Shown here in pieces: positions 18,944 to 25,166 of a stretch of DNA of 25,166 bases. The position numbers were made by a program, and so were the translations under genes. A model generated the notes under the pieces. The model was given only the letters and a program-made list of their open reading frames with translations, was not told the origin of the DNA and did not search any database. The first letter of the stretch is position 1, and each line of letters starts with the position of its first letter. Source of the DNA: a bacterium (lineage in GTDB: Bacteria; SZUA-182; DTGQ01; JAFGSM01); contig JBLIRP010000060.1 in the NCBI GenBank assembly GCA_049472355.1, positions 1 to 25,166 on the forward strand, in the 5' to 3' direction.

Positions 18944-19175
18944 TACGCCGAAGCGTTACATTACGCGCATATCCTTCGATCTTTATCGAAATTACAGAAT
19001 GTTTGCGGGAAGGGGGTGAGCATCCTCCTACAATGTCTTCGGCAGCCGCACATCATGTGCGTCCTTAGTCACAAATTTCCATTCTGTCGAATAAATAGAT
19101 AGTGAATGCGTGATATCTGGAAGACTGCCGGTACGCCAACCGCAACAATTCATCCCGTGGGGTCAATGAATCTCC

Positions 19176-20651
19176 ATGGGAATTCAGGAAAGAGTTTTTA
19201 GGATGTCTCAAAAACTGCTGGAAAGGCCGATCCATGAGACGGATTCCATTCTGGAAGCCATCAGGCGAGGCGCGGAGATCATCGATGCGGAGTTCAATGT
19301 CCGCTACGTGAGCGAGCAATGCCGGAGGATCTACGGCGATCCCTTCAACAGGAAATGTTATGAATATTTCATGGGCAGGCGCGAGGTCTGCCCGGACTGT
19401 GTTATCGTCGAGGCTGGGAGGGTGAAGGCCCCGATTGTTACCGAAAAGATCCTTCCGAGAAGGTTCAACCGGATCATGCAGGTGACCACGATCCCCTTCC
19501 AGGTGGAGAACGGCGAATGGTGGTTCGCCCTGATATCCGTGGATATAAGCAATCGGAGAAGGGCCGAGGAGACCTTGCGGGAAAGCGAGCAGCGATTGCG
19601 CGGCATTCTGGACGCCCTTCCCGACATGATCGTGCAGGTCGATCCCGATATGAACATCATCTGGGCAAACAAACGGGCGCTTGATATGAACCCTGACGCA
19701 CTGGGGCAGACCTGCTTCAAGGCTTACGTGGGCAGGGAGGAGCCATGCGAGGGATGTCCGTGTTCCAGGGCCATAGAGACCGGAAGCATCGAAATGGCCA
19801 CCATGTATCAACCGGCCACCCAAGGGGTGGAAGGGGAAAGCTACTGGGAGGATATCGGCGTTCCCCTCAAGGATAAACGGGGAAATGTCACCAGCGTCAT
19901 CGAGATCGCTCGGGACGTGACCGAACGTAAGCGGGCGGAACATGTGCTGAATCACTACATCGAGGAGCTGAAGGCGCGCAACGAGGAACTGGACGCCTTC
20001 TCCCATACCGTGGCCCATGACCTCAAGAACCTGCTGGGGGTGCTCATAAATTGCGGATATGCAATCGAACAGGGGCACGAGAGAATGCCCAGGGGCAAAA
20101 TCCTGCGCTATGGCCAGAGGATCCTGAACAACGGGCAGAAGATGATCAATATCATCGACGAGTTGATGCTCCTTGCCCGGGTGCGCACAATCGACGAGGT
20201 GGAAACACAGCCGCTGCACATGGCGCGGATCGTGGAAGAGGCCATGGGCCGCCTGGATCATTTGATCAAGGAATACAACGCAGACATCATCGTTCCCGAG
20301 GTATTGCCCAGGGCGTCAGGATACGGCCCATGGGTGGAGGAGGTGTGGGTCAACTACCTGAGCAATGCCATAAAATACGGAGGGAACCCCCCGCGCGTGG
20401 AGCTCGGCGCCACCCCAAGCCCAAACGGCATTATCAGGTTCTGGGTCAGGGACAACGGCCCCGGCTTTTCCCCGGAGGACCAATCCCGCCTGTTCCACCC
20501 CTTTACCCAGATCAACCAGGCACGCATCGAGGGACACGGGCTCGGATTGTCCATCGTCCGGCGGATTGTTGAACGGCTCGGCGGAGAGGTAGGGGTGGAA
20601 AGCCGGAAGGGACAAGGAAGCACCTTTTTCTTTACCTTGAAGAAGGCGTAG
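19176..20651 (+). CDS. Soluble PAS-PAS sensor histidine kinase
   Basis: Two PAS/PAC domains, each with C-x10-C-x2-C. H-box AHDLKN, NYLSNAIKY, DNGPGF, GHGLGLSIV, GQGSTF. No TM segment. The start may be 19203. Confidence 0.92.
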   Translation: MGIQERVFRMSQKLLERPIHETDSILEAIRRGAEIIDAEFNVRYVSEQCRRIYGDPFNRKCYEYFMGRREVCPDCVIVEAGRVKAPIVTEKILPRRFNRIMQVTTIPFQVENGEWWFALISVDISNRRRAEETLRESEQRLRGILDALPDMIVQVDPDMNIIWANKRALDMNPDALGQTCFKAYVGREEPCEGCPCSRAIETGSIEMATMYQPATQGVEGESYWEDIGVPLKDKRGNVTSVIEIARDVTERKRAEHVLNHYIEELKARNEELDAFSHTVAHDLKNLLGVLINCGYAIEQGHERMPRGKILRYGQRILNNGQKMINIIDELMLLARVRTIDEVETQPLHMARIVEEAMGRLDHLIKEYNADIIVPEVLPRASGYGPWVEEVWVNYLSNAIKYGGNPPRVELGATPSPNGIIRFWVRDNGPGFSPEDQSRLFHPFTQINQARIEGHGLGLSIVRRIVERLGGEVGVESRKGQGSTFFFTLKKA

Positions 20652-20672
20652 GGGTGAATCCCAGCCACTTCC

Positions 20673-21875
20673 CTATGCGTCAAGCAAGGACTGGTACAGA
20701 TCGAAGGTCTTTTGTGCGATCGCCTTCCAACTGAAAATCTCTTCCGCGCGCCTGCGCCCCTTTTGCCCCATCTGCCTGCACCTATCGGGATCGGCTATCA
20801 GACGGTTGACGGCATCCGCGAGGTGTTTGGACAACTGCAGGTTATCGGATGACGGGCCGGCACAGGCATGATCCGGCTCCACCAGGAGCCCCGTCTCTCC
20901 GGGAATGACCACCTCCTTGATCCCGCCCACCGCGGTTGCTACCACCGGGGTCCCGCACGCCATGGCCTCCAGGTTGATGATGCCGAAGGGCTCGTAGATG
21001 GAAGGACAGCAAAAAACGGCCGCATGGGAGTAGAGCCCCACGATCGTCCTCTTGTCCACCATCTCCTGTATCCAGACGACATTGTCCCGCATCCCCCGCA
21101 TCGCTGCAACACCCCGTTCCATCTCCTCGGCGATCTCCCTGGTGTCAGGGGCGCCCGCGCACAGCACCACCTGTACGGAGGAATCGAGGTACGGGATGGC
21201 ATTGACCAGATGCATGATCCCCTTCTGCCGGGTTATCCTCCCCACGAAGAGCACGTAGGGCTTATGCGGGTCAATGCCGAAGCGCTCCAGGGAATCCGGA
21301 GAGCAGGTCCGGCAGTACTCCTCGACGTCGATCCCGTTATAAATCACATGGACCCGTTCCTCGGGCACGCGAAAATGGGTGAGCACATCCTTCCTGGTCT
21401 CCTCGGACACGGCGATCACCGCATCGGCCATCTCGATTGCGGTCCTTTCCACCCAGCAGGAAAAATCATAGGCCCGTCCAAGCTGCTCCCGTTTCCACGG
21501 GCGAAGCGGCTCCAGCGAATGGATGGTAATCACCAGGGGAACGCCGTAGTGAAGCCTTGCCAGGATGCCCGCCAGATGGGTATACCAGGTGTGGCAGTGG
21601 ACGATCCGGGCATCGATGTCCTGTGCAGTGAAGGAAACGCTCCGGCAGCAGGCGGCCAGCGAACTCCTGATCTGCCGCGGGCAGGTTGCGAACAATCGCT
21701 CATCGATCCCGAAACCGTTGACCTTCAGGTTCCCGTTGTCTGTCTCTTGGTTCCCGAAACACCGAACCTCCACCGGGGTGAGCCGAGAGATCTCGCGGAC
21801 GAGGTATTCCACGTGGACCCCCGCCCCTCCATACACATGGGGAGGGTATTCATTGGTAAGCATCAGTACCTTCAT
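20673..21875 (-). CDS. glgM: GT4 glycosyltransferase, actinobacterial-type GlgA/GlgM (alpha-maltose-1-phosphate synthase / 'glycogen synthase')
   Basis: Motifs TNEYPPHVYGGAGVHV, HCHTWY, HSLEPLRPWKREQLG, VGRITRQKG, PSIYEPFGIINLEAMAC. Confidence 0.85.
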   Translation of the reverse strand: MKVLMLTNEYPPHVYGGAGVHVEYLVREISRLTPVEVRCFGNQETDNGNLKVNGFGIDERLFATCPRQIRSSLAACCRSVSFTAQDIDARIVHCHTWYTHLAGILARLHYGVPLVITIHSLEPLRPWKREQLGRAYDFSCWVERTAIEMADAVIAVSEETRKDVLTHFRVPEERVHVIYNGIDVEEYCRTCSPDSLERFGIDPHKPYVLFVGRITRQKGIMHLVNAIPYLDSSVQVVLCAGAPDTREIAEEMERGVAAMRGMRDNVVWIQEMVDKRTIVGLYSHAAVFCCPSIYEPFGIINLEAMACGTPVVATAVGGIKEVVIPGETGLLVEPDHACAGPSSDNLQLSKHLADAVNRLIADPDRCRQMGQKGRRRAEEIFSWKAIAQKTFDLYQSLLDA

Positions 21876-21914
21876 GCACGCTCCATCCTATGATCCGTAA
21901 TTGCCGATATTTTT

Positions 21915-22036
21915 GTAACCGTTCACCGCATTTCCATATTCTCATGCAGGAGCGGAAAGCGACGTGGCAATCTTAAAACGACATTGCTTCGCTTTGCTCG
22001 CAATGACCTGCAATCTGAAATACTGTGAACGGTCAC
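21915..22036. mobile_element. 122-bp MITE-like element with terminal inverted repeats and 8-bp target-site duplication
   Basis: TIRs GTAACCGTTCACCGCATTTC / GAAATACTGTGAACGGTCAC (17/20). ATATTTTT directly flanks both sides (21907-21914 and 22037-22044). There is an internal palindrome. Confidence 0.75.
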
Positions 22037-22105
22037 ATATTTTTTACCATAGCACGATCAATCCGCATGTTCAAATGATTTGGCTTCTTAAATAGTGGAG
22101 AGGAG

Positions 22106-24334
22106 TTACCCCCTCCTGCTGATGATCAGGGTAGCGCCCGGAGTGACCCGGGCGATCTCCAGGGCTACCTCGCCGAACACCTTCCTGCGGCGGCCATAGC
22201 GTTGAATTCCCAGGATGACCAGGTCGCTTTGTGCCGCATGCCTCCGTACCCCCTTCACCACATTGTCGCTTCGGATGACCTGCACCCTGGGCTCTATGGG
22301 GACCTCATCCCCGGCAAAGTGGGTGAGCGTGGAGCGGATCCATTCCATGTCCTTGTCCGTCGTCTCTTCCGGCACCACCCTCACAAAGGTTACCTCGCGT
22401 TCGGATGTACGGCACAGGCTCCCCAGCAGCCGGGCACGCAGCTCGTCGTGGTCTCCCCTCCCCCCAACCGGGACGAGAATGCTGCGGACCTTTGAAAGCT
22501 GCCAATCGGCAGGAGACTTCAGGAAAACGGTATCGGAATCAACACTGCTCACCAGGTCGTTCAGGCGTGGATTCAAGGTATCGCGAGACAGATCACTCAG
22601 TCCGATGAGCATGCTCTCGCAGCGGTGGACCCGGGCAACCCGCACGATTTCGACCCATGGATTGGGGGCTACCGTGATGAGGGCCTCAGGGTCAAGACCG
22701 GAGCCGAAGGATGCGGTGAGCGCCTCCTGCAAGGCCTCCTGGGTGGCGAGGAGCTGGGCCGGAGGCTGTCCGGACTCCCATTTGGTGGCGCCGGCAACCA
22801 CGAACAGGAGAAGGGCCCTTCCCACGCGGGAAGGGGAAAGGGCGTTTGCCACCTCCACCATGGCACTGGCACGGGCCGGATTGGCGAGGGGGATGAGCAC
22901 GAGGGGACTCCGACCCCTCAACCGCACCAGATGCGGGTCCTGTGCCTCCGCCATGGCATCCACGACCTCCGCGCGTCCGGCAAGGATTGCAAAGTAGAGG
23001 ATGAACCCGAGGGTAAGCCAGGCACCGACGATCGTTCCTGCGGAAGGGTCGCTCAAGGCCTGAAACAGGGCCAGGGAGGCGCATAAGACCGCCCCTATCA
23101 ACGGAACCGTGGGAAATGGGGGCTGCAACGCGGTGTCCTCTCCCATGCCCCCGCGCACCCTGGCAAGGATGGTGGTGACGTGCACCAGGGCGAAGGAGAT
23201 GAGAAATACCAGGCTGGCTGCGGCCCCGGCTGCGGCGAGATCCGACAGGGCAATGAGGCTCAGCACAAGGATGAGGCTGCTCACCATGAGGGCCCGGCAG
23301 GGGACACCGTTCTGCCGGGACACGCTCCCCAGAAAGCGGGGGAGCGTTCGATCCCGCGACATGGTGAAGGCGATGCGGGAGGCGGCCATGATATTGGCAT
23401 GCAGGGCGGAGAGCATCGACAGGAGGGCAGCGACGATAATCAGCCAGTATCCCGCCGGCCCCAGATAGTTGCGGACGGCAACGGCAATCACCGTCTCTGC
23501 ATGGGTCCGGCTGAGTGCTCCGATGGTCTGTCCGGCCGGGACGCCCACCGTTGAGATGATAAAGAGAAAGGGGAGGTAGATGCCGAGCCCGATACCAAGG
23601 GAAAGGAACATGGAGCGCGGGATGTTCCGGGCTGGGTCTTTTACCTCCCCGGCAACCGCGGCGATGAGGTCGAATCCCTGGAGGGTGATGAAGGTATACC
23701 CCATGGCCTGAACGATGCCCAGGATACCCCCGCCGAAAAAGGGGGAAAGCTTTACGCTGGTAAGCTCTGGCGCCTGCCGGGGCAGAAAGAAGAGCCCGGC
23801 CAGGATGAGGGCACAAAACAGGATGACCTTGCCCATGCTCTCCCACTGTCCCCCTTCGCCGACCCTGCGGGTAAGCCTGATGGTATAGAATGCCGTGGCC
23901 CCCGCCGAGAGGAGGAGCACCATCCACCGGTCTCCGCACCACGCCGGGGCGCTGCCCATGATCATATGCGCCAGGGTTTTAAGGGCATCCACCGCATAAA
24001 AGGCGAACCCCATGGCATAGAGCACCCCTGCCATGATGGATGCGAACCAGAGTATCCACCCCACGGCAAACGCGGATCGCACCGAGAAGACCTTTTTGGT
24101 GAAGGTATAGGCGCCGCCGGACTCGGGGAATGCGGCGGACATCTCAGCGAAGCTCATCACCGTGATGAGGGCGATCACGCCATTCAAGGCAAAGGCGATG
24201 ATCGCGGAGGGACCCGCCAGTGAAAACGCCACCCCTGCCAGGGCCAGGATCCCCCCTCCCACAATCGCGCCCACACCGATGCCGGTCGCCCCGAAAAGGC
24301 CGATATTCCTCGTTATATGCGTATCGAATTCCAT
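22106..24334 (-). CDS. APC-superfamily amino acid permease fused to C-terminal USP-like domains
   Basis: Motifs GAIVGGGI, AGPSAI, FAEMSAAFPESGGAY, GFDLIAAVAGEVKDP, SRIAFTMSRD and about 12 hydrophobic helices. USP-like strands VLIPLANP and ILVPVGG, plus DLVILG. Start set at the ATG at 24334. Confidence 0.88.
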   Translation of the reverse strand: MEFDTHITRNIGLFGATGIGVGAIVGGGILALAGVAFSLAGPSAIIAFALNGVIALITVMSFAEMSAAFPESGGAYTFTKKVFSVRSAFAVGWILWFASIMAGVLYAMGFAFYAVDALKTLAHMIMGSAPAWCGDRWMVLLLSAGATAFYTIRLTRRVGEGGQWESMGKVILFCALILAGLFFLPRQAPELTSVKLSPFFGGGILGIVQAMGYTFITLQGFDLIAAVAGEVKDPARNIPRSMFLSLGIGLGIYLPFLFIISTVGVPAGQTIGALSRTHAETVIAVAVRNYLGPAGYWLIIVAALLSMLSALHANIMAASRIAFTMSRDRTLPRFLGSVSRQNGVPCRALMVSSLILVLSLIALSDLAAAGAAASLVFLISFALVHVTTILARVRGGMGEDTALQPPFPTVPLIGAVLCASLALFQALSDPSAGTIVGAWLTLGFILYFAILAGRAEVVDAMAEAQDPHLVRLRGRSPLVLIPLANPARASAMVEVANALSPSRVGRALLLFVVAGATKWESGQPPAQLLATQEALQEALTASFGSGLDPEALITVAPNPWVEIVRVARVHRCESMLIGLSDLSRDTLNPRLNDLVSSVDSDTVFLKSPADWQLSKVRSILVPVGGRGDHDELRARLLGSLCRTSEREVTFVRVVPEETTDKDMEWIRSTLTHFAGDEVPIEPRVQVIRSDNVVKGVRRHAAQSDLVILGIQRYGRRRKVFGEVALEIARVTPGATLIISRRG

Positions 24335-24371
24335 CGCCGTCGCAGTGAAAAGGGCTTGGAGACGAAGCCCT

Positions 24372-25166
24372 TTACAGCCACCCCTTATCCTTGAAATACA
24401 TGACCATGTATACAGCGACAAGGACCATTACCACCCAGACCAGGGGATAGCTCCACCGCCAGTCAAGCTCGGGCATGTACTTGAAATTCATGCCGTAAAT
24501 CCCGGCGATGAAGGTGAGGGGGATGAATATGGTGGCGATGATGGTCAGGACCTTCATGACATTGTTCATCCTGTTGCTGATGCTCGAAAGGTAGATGTCG
24601 AGCATCCCTGCAATGAGATCCCGGAATGTCTCGGCTGTATCGATGATCTGGATGGTATGATCGTATACATCCCTCAAAAAGAGAGTAGTGCCCTTCCCAA
24701 TCAGCGGGGATTCCCTTCTCCCCAGGCTGTCGATCACCTCCCGCAGCGGCCACACGGCCTTTCTCAGGAAGATGGTCTCCCGCTTGAGGTGGTGGATCGC
24801 CTGGAGGACCTGGGGTGTGGGATTCACAACCAGGGCCTCCTCGAGTTCCTCGACCTCTTCCCCCAGCGCCTCGAGGATGAGGAAATAGTTGTCAACCACC
24901 GCATCAAGAAGGGCATAGGCGAGGTAGTCGGCCCCCATCTTCCTGATCCTTCCCTTGGCATTTCGGATGCGCTCCCGCACGGGATTGAACACATCCCCCT
25001 CCCGCTCCTGGAAGGAGAGGACGAAATTCTGCCCGATGACAATGCTCACCTGCTCTGCGATGATCTCCTGTTTTTCCGTGTCATAGGAGAGCATCTTCAG
25101 GACCACGTAGATGAAATGCTCAAAATCCTCGAACTTGGGGCGCTGGTTGGTATTGAGGATATCCTC
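24372..25166 (-). CDS. corA: Magnesium/cobalt transporter CorA, 5' part outside the window
   Basis: The frame is open to the window edge (EDILNTNQRPKFEDF...). Motifs SFQE, LRDVYDH, MNNVMKVLT, GIYGMNF-MPEL and two C-terminal TM helices. Confidence 0.95.
   Translation of the reverse strand, partial: EDILNTNQRPKFEDFEHFIYVVLKMLSYDTEKQEIIAEQVSIVIGQNFVLSFQEREGDVFNPVRERIRNAKGRIRKMGADYLAYALLDAVVDNYFLILEALGEEVEELEEALVVNPTPQVLQAIHHLKRETIFLRKAVWPLREVIDSLGRRESPLIGKGTTLFLRDVYDHTIQIIDTAETFRDLIAGMLDIYLSSISNRMNNVMKVLTIIATIFIPLTFIAGIYGMNFKYMPELDWRWSYPLVWVVMVLVAVYMVMYFKDKGWL

Overview
GC-rich bacterial DNA with 17 credible CDS, no rRNA/tRNA/CRISPR and no transposase. It resembles a sigma54-rich, Desulfobacterota-like anaerobe, but that is inference only. 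The left part (minus strand) is a GlgE-pathway alpha-glucan cluster: glgE, a treS-maltokinase fusion and glgB. It is interrupted by a Phd/YefM-VapC toxin-antitoxin pair and a long coiled-coil gene. A GT4 GlgM/GlgA-type gene lies about 11 kb to the right of glgE. The middle holds a COG2108-like radical SAM gene, an RluA-family pseudouridine synthase, and two tandem paralogous genes for Sec-exported, completely charge-free Gly/Tyr/Leu/Met repeat proteins. One of these is essentially (YGGL[Y/M]GM)x12. A GAF-PAS-PAS histidine kinase, an NtrC-type sigma54 activator, a stand-alone receiver and a Cys-PAS kinase follow. Three sigma54 -24/-12 sites and a shared AT-rich palindromic box link the repeat-protein genes to this signalling cluster; this is the best candidate for an undescribed system. 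The right end has a 122-bp MITE-like element with an 8-bp target duplication, an APC permease-USP fusion and a 5'-truncated corA.
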